Shown piece by piece: positions 50,134-59,258 of a DNA stretch of 64,000 bases; within the stretch, counting starts at the first letter, position 1; every line of letters starts with the position of its first letter. Source of the stretch: a bacterium. GTDB lineage: Bacteria; DUMJ01. The position numbers were made by a program, and so were the translations under genes. The notes under the pieces were generated by a model. That model searched no databases. It worked only from the letters and a program-made list of their open reading frames with translations, and was not told the origin of the DNA. The stretch is from contig JBMFOH010000009.1 of the NCBI GenBank assembly GCA_049969715.1, positions 850-64,849 on the forward strand, in the 5' to 3' direction.

Positions 50134-52125
50134 TTATTTTTGCCTAAAGAAGAATGTCTCTGGGGCATAGGATGTGAACCTTCTTAGGTCCCATCCCCAT
50201 AGACCTTTTTCTGGGACATTTCTTAGATTATTTTTCACTATAACTGGATGGGGAGCAAGTCCAACCGTACCAATAGTCCATAGATTTTCAGCGTTGGACT
50301 TTAGGATCTCTTTGGCCAGTCTTATCCTCTCCTTCTCATCCATAGTGGTCTTCATTTTATCCCAGTTTTCTCTTATCTTTTTTATCTCAGGTGGGGGTTC
50401 TTCTCCAGATTTTCCTCCCGAGGCAAACCATCTTGCCCATTCAACACACCAAGGAGCTTCACTTCTTACCTCTGTTGGCACCCAATAGTACGGTTCAACT
50501 GTAAAGAGGAAGCCAGCCCTATCTGCATGCCATAGACCAAATTGTATAAGATTTGCTGAGGTCCTTTGACTCTTCAGACTTCCAGATATCTCTTTAGCGG
50601 TTACCTTTATTCCTAATGCATCCCAATAATGCACTGCCATCTCTGTAGTTTTTCCCTTAGGGGTTTCCCCCTCTTCATATTCTAGAAGTATCTCTAGCTT
50701 TTTACCATCAGGTCTTAGACGATATCCATCTGGTCCCCTCCTAAGACCCATCTCGTCCAATAATCTATTTGCCTCCTTTGGGTTATATTCTGTATAAGCC
50801 TTGGCAAATGATTCATCAAAGTATGGAGATTGAGGTATTACAGTTGCCTGCCTTGGAGTAGCCCTACCAAGGTAAAGAAGTTGATTTATCTCATCTCTAT
50901 TTAGCCCTAGAGAGAGAGCCTTTCTAAATCTCGCATCTCTAAATATATCTCTTAGAACAGGGTCCTCTTTGTATGTGAGATTTAATTGATAGGCAACATC
51001 GGCACCTATTATCGACTGCCAGAGAAGGACCCTATAGTTACCCTTCTCCTTATTCTCTACATAGAAGGGATAGTTCTCCATAGTGGTGTTTAACTCTGCT
51101 ATATCTACCTCACCAGAAGCTATCTTTACATTTGCCACCTCTGGATTTGAGATATCTGTCACAGATATCTCATCTATATAGGGAAGTTGGTTGCCAGCGG
51201 TATCTACCTTCCAGTAGTATGGATTTCTCTTTAATATCACATGGTCTAATTCCCTTTTCTCTATGTAGAAGGTCTGTAGGGTAGGAGCTCCAGGCTGTAT
51301 TGCCATTCCTCCTCCGGAGTAATAATCTGCATACTTCTGAAAATATTTATACCAGGTATCAAATCCTTCCTTCTTAGCCTGTTCTATAATCTTATCCATA
51401 GGCGTATATTTAGGATGAAATTTCATAAGGTAATGCTTTGGTAGAAAGAACCTACCAGCCACACCTGCAGAGTGAGCTAGATGTATAATGGCTACTGGAT
51501 ATGGCACTGCAAAATGTGCCCTTACCGTATAGTTATTTACCTTTTCTAGCTTCATAAGTTTTCCACCCGGAGACCATTCTACAGGTTTGGTTGGTGTAAG
51601 CTCATTATTCTGGAGTACATCCTCATACCAGAACATAATATCGTCTGCTGTAAATGGCTCACCATCTGACCACTTCATTCCCTCTCGTAGGTATATAGTT
51701 AAGACCTTACCGTCCTGAGAAAACCTCCATCCTTTGGCAATATTGGGCACCACAGAAAAGCCATCTGGACCTACCCTGAGGATCCCTTCGTGGGGTCGGA
51801 GCGCCTCTGTATCTCCATATCCGTTTATAGGGCCTATTACCCTGGCTGTTCCTCCATACTGTCCTATCTCTTCTACTGGGTCTATCACTATTGGCTCCTT
51901 AGGGAGTCTTTCCTTAACAGGAGGAAGTTTTCCCTGTTTTACAAGTTCTATCAATATCGGAGACTCATTGAATTTGGTTATCCTCTTACCTGTCGCCTTT
52001 AGGTAGTCTGTTGGAGTATTGTATTGTTTATGGAATTTAAACTCTTGGGCAGATAGAGGAACAAGAAACATTATACTTAGGCTCAGTACTAATACCAGTG
52101 AAACCAGTTTTAAATAGATTCTCAT
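50134..52125 (-). CDS. ABC transporter substrate-binding protein, family 5 (oligopeptide/oligosaccharide type)
   Basis: Signal peptide and SBP_bac_5-like architecture, 663 aa. No permease or ATPase genes nearby. Confidence 0.8.
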   Translation of the reverse strand: MRIYLKLVSLVLVLSLSIMFLVPLSAQEFKFHKQYNTPTDYLKATGKRITKFNESPILIELVKQGKLPPVKERLPKEPIVIDPVEEIGQYGGTARVIGPINGYGDTEALRPHEGILRVGPDGFSVVPNIAKGWRFSQDGKVLTIYLREGMKWSDGEPFTADDIMFWYEDVLQNNELTPTKPVEWSPGGKLMKLEKVNNYTVRAHFAVPYPVAIIHLAHSAGVAGRFFLPKHYLMKFHPKYTPMDKIIEQAKKEGFDTWYKYFQKYADYYSGGGMAIQPGAPTLQTFYIEKRELDHVILKRNPYYWKVDTAGNQLPYIDEISVTDISNPEVANVKIASGEVDIAELNTTMENYPFYVENKEKGNYRVLLWQSIIGADVAYQLNLTYKEDPVLRDIFRDARFRKALSLGLNRDEINQLLYLGRATPRQATVIPQSPYFDESFAKAYTEYNPKEANRLLDEMGLRRGPDGYRLRPDGKKLEILLEYEEGETPKGKTTEMAVHYWDALGIKVTAKEISGSLKSQRTSANLIQFGLWHADRAGFLFTVEPYYWVPTEVRSEAPWCVEWARWFASGGKSGEEPPPEIKKIRENWDKMKTTMDEKERIRLAKEILKSNAENLWTIGTVGLAPHPVIVKNNLRNVPEKGLWGWDLRRFTSYAPETFFFRQK

Positions 52126-52254
52126 TTTTGAACCTCCCTCTATAAGATTATTGTTAACAATATAATATATGAAAACGTGTTCAAAGTCAAGAGGATCTCC
52201 CTTGACCTCTCTATTAATCTAATGATAGAATAGAGGCAATTTCAAGGAGGGAAG

Positions 52255-53121
52255 ATGGTAGTTTTCTTAGAAGTATTAGTAGTTATACTCTGTGCTGTCA
52301 TAGTTTATCTCTTTATTAGAAGGCCTGGTAAGGTGCCACTAGAAGATATTGGTGCTATAAAAGCTCAGACTGAACACATCTTGCATATACTTCAGGAGAC
52401 GTATATGAAATTGGAGACTCAAAGAATCTTAGACGAGGAACTCCAGAGGACTACCAGAAAGATAGAGAATGCCCTGTTAGGGAGTAAATCTCGGGGAGAG
52501 ATGGGAGAGAATATAATATATGAGGCATTGAAACAGTTTCCTCCAGATATGATAGATATAAACTTCAAGGTAAATGGAAAGCCTGTTGAATATGCAATAG
52601 TCTTAAGTGATGGTAAGAGACTCCCTATAGATTCTAAATGGGTTGGGGTAGATGGAGAAAAGGATGTCTCTGAGATTGACATCGAAAGGGTAATATCGCG
52701 TAAGGCTAAAGAGGTGATGCAGTATATAGACCCAACTACTACTATCCCTTTAGCTATAGCTGCAGTTCCCGACAGTATCTTCTCTATGTGTAAACAGGCA
52801 CATATAAAGGCTTATAGAGAGAATAGGGTTCTCATTATGCCGTATAGTATGACTATCCCATATATCCTTGCCCTATACTCTCTACATAGAAGTTATTCTA
52901 AGAATGTAGACATACAGTCCTTGCATAACTATCTGAGCGAGATGAGTTCTTCATTGAATAGATTAGAGACTGTTCTAGAGAATAGTATTGCAAGGTCAAT
53001 TACTATGGCAAATAACGCCTATACAGAGTGTAAACAGATAATCTCAAAGATGAAAGGGGCAGTAGAGTATCTAGAAAATTCTAACAAGGTGGAGGGAGAA
53101 GATGGAAAAGAAACTTTATAG
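52255..53121 (+). CDS. RmuC-like DNA recombination protein (short form)
   Basis: N-terminal TM, coiled coil, and the RmuC-type core …LSDGKRLPIDSKW…. Confidence 0.5.
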   Translation: MVVFLEVLVVILCAVIVYLFIRRPGKVPLEDIGAIKAQTEHILHILQETYMKLETQRILDEELQRTTRKIENALLGSKSRGEMGENIIYEALKQFPPDMIDINFKVNGKPVEYAIVLSDGKRLPIDSKWVGVDGEKDVSEIDIERVISRKAKEVMQYIDPTTTIPLAIAAVPDSIFSMCKQAHIKAYRENRVLIMPYSMTIPYILALYSLHRSYSKNVDIQSLHNYLSEMSSSLNRLETVLENSIARSITMANNAYTECKQIISKMKGAVEYLENSNKVEGEDGKETL

Positions 53122-53491
53122 ATCGAGGAAGCAGAGGATCCTTGCTGGAGTATGCGGTGGGATAGCAGAGTATTTCAATGTAGACCCAGTAATAATAAGA
53201 CTTATTATGATACTCCTTATTTTTGCTAATGGTCTGGGGATACTCTTCTATATTATAGCTGCTATTATTATTCCAGAAAATCCAGAAGAGAAGGAAGTTT
53301 CTAGAGATGTGGGAGAATTTCCACGGGATACTAGAAACCCAGTACTGCTAGGGCTCATCCTTGTAATATTAGGAATAGTTGCAGTCTTGTGGTCCTGGGG
53401 TGTTCCTTGGATCCATATGAGTCCTGGAATATTCTTGGGGATTATTCTGGTAGTATTTGGACTTTACTTCTTGGTAAGAGGGTGGAAGTAG
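53102..53491 (+). CDS. PspC-domain membrane protein
   Basis: ILAGVCGGIAEYFNVDPVIIRL PspC motif and two TM segments. Confidence 0.7.
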   Translation: MEKKLYRSRKQRILAGVCGGIAEYFNVDPVIIRLIMILLIFANGLGILFYIIAAIIIPENPEEKEVSRDVGEFPRDTRNPVLLGLILVILGIVAVLWSWGVPWIHMSPGIFLGIILVVFGLYFLVRGWK

Positions 53492-54568
53492 TTGTATGAT
53501 GTCATAGTAGTTGGTGCAGGTCCTAGTGGGGCAAGCAGTGCACTCTTTCTTGCCAGAAGAGGAGTAAAAGTCTTAATACTGGAAAAGAGGAAGCTTCCGA
53601 GATATAAGGTATGTGCGGGGGGGACGGCAAGGTTTACATTTGACCTATTGGATGTTCCCCCTACCTACTTTGATGCATTTCCAATAGGAAGCATTGAGAT
53701 TATTTATGGTGATGATAGCAAGACCTTTCCTGTTCCTTCTAATAGCATATTTACCCTCCTTAGAGAACAATTTGATTATAAACTTACGAGATTAGCGTGT
53801 AAGAATGGTGCTAGTCTTATAGACGGAGAAGAGGTAATAGGGATAGAAAAGGATGGAGATAGTTTAACGGTAAAGACTCGTCTTGGTCATACATTTAGTT
53901 CTAGATATATAGTAGGAGCTGATGGTGTGGGTTCTATAGTGGCAAGATTTGTGGGGGAAGATTTTAGATATCCAATGCCATTGGCAGTTCAGAAGGATGT
54001 TCCAGAGAAGAACCCTCTACCCGTGCTGAGATTAGTTATGGGCCTTGTCCCAATGGGTTATGGATGGGTATTTCCTAAAAGTGGAACACTATCTATAGGT
54101 CTAGGGGCATATAGATTCCCTCCAAGGGAGATGCCTAAGATATTAGAGTCTATTGTAGAAAGGTTCTCTTCTGGAAATTCTAGCCTTTTAGCACATCCTA
54201 TTCCTTTTTATAGGGGAAGAAGAAGGATAGCAGATGACAATATCGTATTGGTTGGAGACTCTGCCAAGTTAGTTGATCCTTTCAGCGGAGAAGGGATAAG
54301 GAATGGGATAAAGAGCGCCAAGATAGCTAGCGAAGTAGTACTAGAAGGCTTAAATAAAAAAACATCTTTAAGGGTTTATACAGAAAGGGTCTATAGAGCT
54401 ATGGCTAGGGAGCTCTTTCTCTCCTGGATTATAAGTGGGATATTCTACAGATTTCAAGAAAGGATATATCATAGACTAGATAGATACAATATGGGAGAGG
54501 TCTTGGCAAACCTGTTGAATGAAAGGACTAGTTATTCCTATCTATTGAGAAGGATATTTAGGTTATAG
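53492..54568 (+). CDS. Geranylgeranyl reductase family FAD-dependent oxidoreductase
   Basis: YDVIVVGAGPSGAS FAD motif and GGR-like C-terminal region. TTG start immediately after the pspC stop. Confidence 0.75.
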   Translation: MYDVIVVGAGPSGASSALFLARRGVKVLILEKRKLPRYKVCAGGTARFTFDLLDVPPTYFDAFPIGSIEIIYGDDSKTFPVPSNSIFTLLREQFDYKLTRLACKNGASLIDGEEVIGIEKDGDSLTVKTRLGHTFSSRYIVGADGVGSIVARFVGEDFRYPMPLAVQKDVPEKNPLPVLRLVMGLVPMGYGWVFPKSGTLSIGLGAYRFPPREMPKILESIVERFSSGNSSLLAHPIPFYRGRRRIADDNIVLVGDSAKLVDPFSGEGIRNGIKSAKIASEVVLEGLNKKTSLRVYTERVYRAMARELFLSWIISGIFYRFQERIYHRLDRYNMGEVLANLLNERTSYSYLLRRIFRL

Positions 54569-56077
54569 TTACTCCCAGAGGGCTATTGCTTCTATTATAC
54601 CTTTTGACATCCATATAGAAAGCCAGAGTATAATCGCTGATACAATAGCCGGTATCCCTATGCCAATGACGTTTTTATATGTCCATTCTGTTATCAAAGG
54701 GTTTAGATATATAGTGAATGGTCCTATGATACCAGCCACTATACCTATAGTAGTTATCTCTATAATAAAGACCTCAGATATCTTAAATATATTCCTAGAA
54801 GTTACATCTCTAGTCGGGTCTTTAAGGAAGAGTCTTGTTGCCAGTATTCCAGAGTAAAAAAAGGCAATAGATATCATAGGCACAGTAATTAGAATAATCC
54901 TATTAAGCTTAAATAGGCACATAGAGATAACTGTAACTCCTAGATAGATGAGGGAGTATATAGAGGATGGAATCAAGACCTTCCATATGAATACACTCTT
55001 AAGTTTTACAGGGAAAAGTCTAGGTAAGGGCCAGACCTTTTTTTCAATCACCAAGAGATGAATTGTTATATAGCTACAGTAAAAACTGGCTATTGTAGCC
55101 ATCACTAGACTTGCTCCAATATAATTTTTATTCCCTATTAGTATCATTAATGGAAATATGATAGAGCAGAGAAGCATATATATGCTCTGAGGATCTCGGT
55201 ATAGTAATCTTATATCCTTTGAAAGAAAAGGAGACCCAGATGAACCTTTCGGGAACCTCGTCTTTTTACTACTCCTAGAACTATATGATTCAATTACTAA
55301 TGTGTCAGTGACCTTGTATATGAGAAGCCCAAAAAATAGTAATGCCCCTAAGAGAAGAAATCCTCCAATGATCTCTCCTCTTATTAGAGATATTACCCAA
55401 CCTATAGGAGAGATATAAGATAAGGTTTTGCCTATAGGTATCCTACTAGTATAGGTAAGATCTTTTACTCCTTCTATAAAAGAGGTATCGGGTCTTATGA
55501 TATTCAATATCACTACATATAATAAGGCGGTTAATAGATAGATAAGATTTGATAGAATCTTAGCGGATGTTCTAGACATAACCCTTGAGACTAAAGCCCC
55601 AAATAGAATGGAGATTTCTATAAGAAAAAGGATAAATAGTACGCTGGTTATAAACCCAAAGAACCATCCTTTTCCGATGGCTACTGAGTATGCTATGCAA
55701 AGAGGGAGGATAAATCCTAAAGCTGGAACAGAGTATAAGAGGCTATCTATAGCCTTAAAGAGAAATATGCTACTTCTTTTTATAGGAAGTGTAAGTAAGA
55801 AATACACATCACTACTTCCATATAGATTAAAAACTGTAGTAGGGGTATAGCTTAAGACAAAGAGAAAACTTGTAGAGATTATAAACACAGAAAAGAATAT
55901 ACTGGATGATTGTATGGGTAGGCTCTTTAGAGGTGCATATACAATAAGACCTATTGGTAGTCCAAATGCTATAACTGGTATTATAAAACCTAGCCAGGAA
56001 AGGTTTATTTTCTGATCTGACCTCCTCCTTCTTTTTGATAGAGACATATATCTGAGTAATATAAAGATTTCCTTCAC
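54569..56077 (-). CDS. ABC-2-type exporter permease (polytopic membrane protein)
   Basis: About 500 aa with at least ten TM segments; overlaps and is coupled to the downstream ATPase gene. Confidence 0.6.
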   Translation of the reverse strand: MKEIFILLRYMSLSKRRRRSDQKINLSWLGFIIPVIAFGLPIGLIVYAPLKSLPIQSSSIFFSVFIISTSFLFVLSYTPTTVFNLYGSSDVYFLLTLPIKRSSIFLFKAIDSLLYSVPALGFILPLCIAYSVAIGKGWFFGFITSVLFILFLIEISILFGALVSRVMSRTSAKILSNLIYLLTALLYVVILNIIRPDTSFIEGVKDLTYTSRIPIGKTLSYISPIGWVISLIRGEIIGGFLLLGALLFFGLLIYKVTDTLVIESYSSRSSKKTRFPKGSSGSPFLSKDIRLLYRDPQSIYMLLCSIIFPLMILIGNKNYIGASLVMATIASFYCSYITIHLLVIEKKVWPLPRLFPVKLKSVFIWKVLIPSSIYSLIYLGVTVISMCLFKLNRIILITVPMISIAFFYSGILATRLFLKDPTRDVTSRNIFKISEVFIIEITTIGIVAGIIGPFTIYLNPLITEWTYKNVIGIGIPAIVSAIILWLSIWMSKGIIEAIALWE

Positions 56078-56877
56078 TGCAATCCCTCTAGGATGGAAGA
56101 GACATCCTCTCCTCCAGTGAGCTCAAGAAACACATCCTCTAAACTGAAATGTCCTTCTGCACTTAATCTCCTTAGCTCTTCAAGTGCTCCTTCTGCTATG
56201 AGTCTGCCCTGATTTATTATTCCGATCCTGTCACACATCTTTTCTGCTATCTCTAGGATATGGGTAGTCATAAAGATGGTGGAGCCATCCTGAGAATACC
56301 TCTTTAGTAGCATCTTAAGAAGCTTCACTGATCTGGCATCAAGTCCTATGGTAGGTTCATCTAGGAATATAACCTTGGGACTTCTCAAAAGGATAGAGAC
56401 TACCATAAGCTTCTGTTTCATCCCATGTGAATAATCGCCTATATAACCATCCAGATAATCTATTCCAAAGGCAGAAAGGAGCTCTCTAGCTTTCTCTAAA
56501 ATCTTTTTTCTATCCAGTCTGTAGATATCTATTATAAACTCTATAAACTCTTTTCCCTTTAGATTTTCATAGAGCTTGGGTTCATCTGGAACTACACCAA
56601 TATTCCTCTTTATCTCCATCTCCTTTAAACTCATATCAAACCCGAGGATTCTTACCCTCCCTGATGTAGGTTTGAGTGTCCCAGTAAGCATTCTTATCGT
56701 AGTTGTTTTTCCAGCACCATTGGGACCTAAAAAACCATATATCTCTCCCGTCTTTATCTTAAGGTTTAAATCCTCTACGGCAGAGATCTCTCCGAATCTT
56801 TTAACTAGATTATAAGCCTCTATAGCATAGAGATTATCCATTGAATAGATTATAACATTTGATGTAACCAGTGACAA
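56074..56877 (-). CDS. ABC transporter ATP-binding protein
   Basis: Walker A GPNGAGKTT, signature, and Walker B. The start is uncertain (M1 or M13). Confidence 0.9.
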   Translation of the reverse strand: MSLVTSNVIIYSMDNLYAIEAYNLVKRFGEISAVEDLNLKIKTGEIYGFLGPNGAGKTTTIRMLTGTLKPTSGRVRILGFDMSLKEMEIKRNIGVVPDEPKLYENLKGKEFIEFIIDIYRLDRKKILEKARELLSAFGIDYLDGYIGDYSHGMKQKLMVVSILLRSPKVIFLDEPTIGLDARSVKLLKMLLKRYSQDGSTIFMTTHILEIAEKMCDRIGIINQGRLIAEGALEELRRLSAEGHFSLEDVFLELTGGEDVSSILEGLQ

Positions 56878-56980
56878 TCATCGAACTTTTGATTGTTATA
56901 CTCATATATCTATAAAGAAGTTAGCTTCATATATCTTTCATCATTTTCTTGGTATAATTATAGCTAATAAGGAAAGGTAT

Positions 56981-57586
56981 ATGAAGTTAAGAAGATATGA
57001 AGGACAAGAGGAAAAGACTCTTATATTGTGGGCTCAAGAAGGAGATGAGAAGGCGTTTGAAGAACTCATAAAGAGATATTCAAACCAGGTGATAAATCTC
57101 AGCTCTCAGATAATGGGTTCTTCTGATGAGGGTTGGGATATGGCGCAGGAGGTATTTATATCAGTATGGAAGAATATAAAAAGTTTTGATAGAAGTAGGA
57201 GTTTTTATCCCTGGATAAGAAAGATTACAATAAATGCCTGCTATGAGGAATTAAGAAGGAGGAAGAGAGAAAGGACTATCTCCCTCGATGATGTAGAAGA
57301 TGATGAGCCGAGTATAGACCTACCTGATGTGACGTATTCTCCAGAGGAGATATTTGATAAGAAAGAGATAAACAAAGTCCTCGCTACCCTTATGAATACT
57401 CTCCCAGAACACTATAGGGTTACCCTATGGCTAAGGGTAGTAGAAGACCTAAGCTATGAGGAGATAGCCGAGCAGTTAGATATAAATATAGGGACAGTAA
57501 AGTCTAGGATAAATATGGCAAGGAAGCTGATGAAAGAAAAGTTATCATTGTATATGGAGGAAAAAGATGAAACATCCTCGGTTTGA
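56981..57586 (+). CDS. ECF-subfamily sigma-70 factor
   Basis: Region 2 (…AFEELIKRY…DMAQEVFISVW) and region 4 helix-turn-helix. An extended -10 TGgTATAAT lies at 56949-56957. Confidence 0.85.
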   Translation: MKLRRYEGQEEKTLILWAQEGDEKAFEELIKRYSNQVINLSSQIMGSSDEGWDMAQEVFISVWKNIKSFDRSRSFYPWIRKITINACYEELRRRKRERTISLDDVEDDEPSIDLPDVTYSPEEIFDKKEINKVLATLMNTLPEHYRVTLWLRVVEDLSYEEIAEQLDINIGTVKSRINMARKLMKEKLSLYMEEKDETSSV

Positions 57587-57977
57587 GGAGATATCAGCAT
57601 TTATAGATAGAGAGCTTCCAGAAGAAAGGATGAGGGAGCTCCAAGAGCATATAGGTGTCTGTAAAGAATGTAGAGAGAGGGTGGATTTTCTCCGCGCCTT
57701 AGATAAAATGATAAGGAAGACACAAAAGGAATGGGATGTAGAAAGGTTTGCCTCTGAGGTGATGGAAAGGGTCCATTCCCCTAGAAGAATATACAATTTT
57801 GCTCTTAAGATTGCTACCATAGGGATAGCTGCTTCTATAATATTTGGCTTTGCATTTACCAATATAAGGGTATTATACAGAGAGAATCTAGATAGAGAGA
57901 AATATCAACTCATAACTCAGCATCAGATTATCTCATCCGGAGATATGGGGATTATATTTATATCGGAAAAGAAATGA
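57567..57977 (+). CDS. ZAS-type anti-sigma factor (zinc-finger, single TM)
   Basis: H-x3-C-x2-C (HIGVCKECRER) and a TM helix; overlaps the sigma gene by 20 nt. Confidence 0.65.
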   Translation: MKHPRFEEISAFIDRELPEERMRELQEHIGVCKECRERVDFLRALDKMIRKTQKEWDVERFASEVMERVHSPRRIYNFALKIATIGIAASIIFGFAFTNIRVLYRENLDREKYQLITQHQIISSGDMGIIFISEKK

Positions 57978-58879
57978 AAAAACTTTTACTCATTTCAATC
58001 TTACTACTCCTTCTAGGATTGGTTGATAAGCCGAGTAAAACCCTTTTAGACGAGTATATATCTAGTATAGAACCTCCGATTGACTATTCTGCCACAATGG
58101 AGATTAGGGTAGGGAACTCCTCAGATAAGGTGGATGTATTAAAGATAGGAAGCTATACAAGCCTTTCATTGAAGTATAATAACTCTAAGATATATGTAAT
58201 AAAGAAGGGTGAAGAGTATTCAATAGTTTCAGATGTCCCGGTAAATATAGGGGCACTCCTATGGGCTTATAGATTTTCTAAAGATGTCTCTCTTATACTA
58301 AAAAACTATGATGTGATATTTGATTCATATGAGACAATAGACAAGATGAAAACTATGAAGATATCCTTTAACCCAAAATATGAGACTGGGATAAAAAGAA
58401 CTGTCTGGATTAGTGAATCGCCAAGGATTCTTGTAAAACTTGAGGATAGAGACTACAATGGAAACCTTATACGAACAAAGGAGATGATGGATATAAAGTT
58501 CAATCCTTCTTCTGAAAAGAAGAAGGTAATAGAGTCTTTATTCAATAAGGGGATAAAGATTCCAGAAAGGGAGACACTTCTTTCACCACTATATGTAAGT
58601 AAAGAGTTAGGATTTAACTTAGTTATTCCCAATAACCTCCCCTCTGGATATCAGCTTATAGGGGCAGATATCCCTCAGGAAGGGATAGGTCAGTTAGTAT
58701 TTACAGATGGAATAGGCTTTATATCTCTCTATCAGATCAAGGTCCCGTGGTGGGCGAGAGAAAATACCCCTCCTGAAGAGAAAGAGGTAATAGAGTGGGA
58801 AGACTCTGGGATACACTTTATACTCGTAGGAGACCTCTCCCCTGAGAAGCTAGTGAATATGGTAATAAGGAAGAGGTGA
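57974..58879 (+). CDS. Hypothetical lipoprotein/secreted protein, possibly RseB/LolA-like
   Basis: Signal peptide. It is the third gene of the sigma/anti-sigma operon, overlapping by 4 nt. The fold assignment rests only on context and architecture. Confidence 0.35.
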   Translation: MKKLLLISILLLLLGLVDKPSKTLLDEYISSIEPPIDYSATMEIRVGNSSDKVDVLKIGSYTSLSLKYNNSKIYVIKKGEEYSIVSDVPVNIGALLWAYRFSKDVSLILKNYDVIFDSYETIDKMKTMKISFNPKYETGIKRTVWISESPRILVKLEDRDYNGNLIRTKEMMDIKFNPSSEKKKVIESLFNKGIKIPERETLLSPLYVSKELGFNLVIPNNLPSGYQLIGADIPQEGIGQLVFTDGIGFISLYQIKVPWWARENTPPEEKEVIEWEDSGIHFILVGDLSPEKLVNMVIRKR

Positions 58880-58920
58880 TATTGGAATCTCCCAATATCA
58901 CCTCTTCCTTCTATCTTTTC

Positions 58921-59178
58921 TTATGGATGTAATCTCTTATACTTTGCTTCCAGTTGCTCTCTAGTCTCTGCACGGTCAGGGTCAGGTTGTGGTGCACCTA
59001 CTGCACACACTGATGCACACTGTTGAGTGTCATAAACTGGAACACACTCTGTGCACTTTTCAGGGTCAATGACATAGGGAGACCCCTCTGTTATCGCCTC
59101 ATTAGGGCACACTGCTACACAAGCTCCACATTCTATACAATCAGCAGTAATCTTAAAAGCCAATATAATCACCTCCAA
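58921..59178 (-). CDS. 2x[4Fe-4S] ferredoxin
   Basis: Two cysteine clusters [12 protein letters not shown] and CTECV…CASVC. Confidence 0.8.
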   Translation of the reverse strand: MEVIILAFKITADCIECGACVAVCPNEAITEGSPYVIDPEKCTECVPVYDTQQCASVCAVGAPQPDPDRAETREQLEAKYKRLHP

Positions 59179-59258
59179 GAATAAAAGCTACGGCTAAAAG
59201 AATACAACAAATAGGAGGCCCTGTCAATGGTTTATAATAGCCAACTCTATAGGACATT

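Noticed and set aside
56878-56980. ECF-type promoter for the sigma operon
   Set aside because: Only a GAACTT -35-like hexamer is present and there is no convincing -10 at the right spacing. It is noted in the findings but not annotated as a feature.
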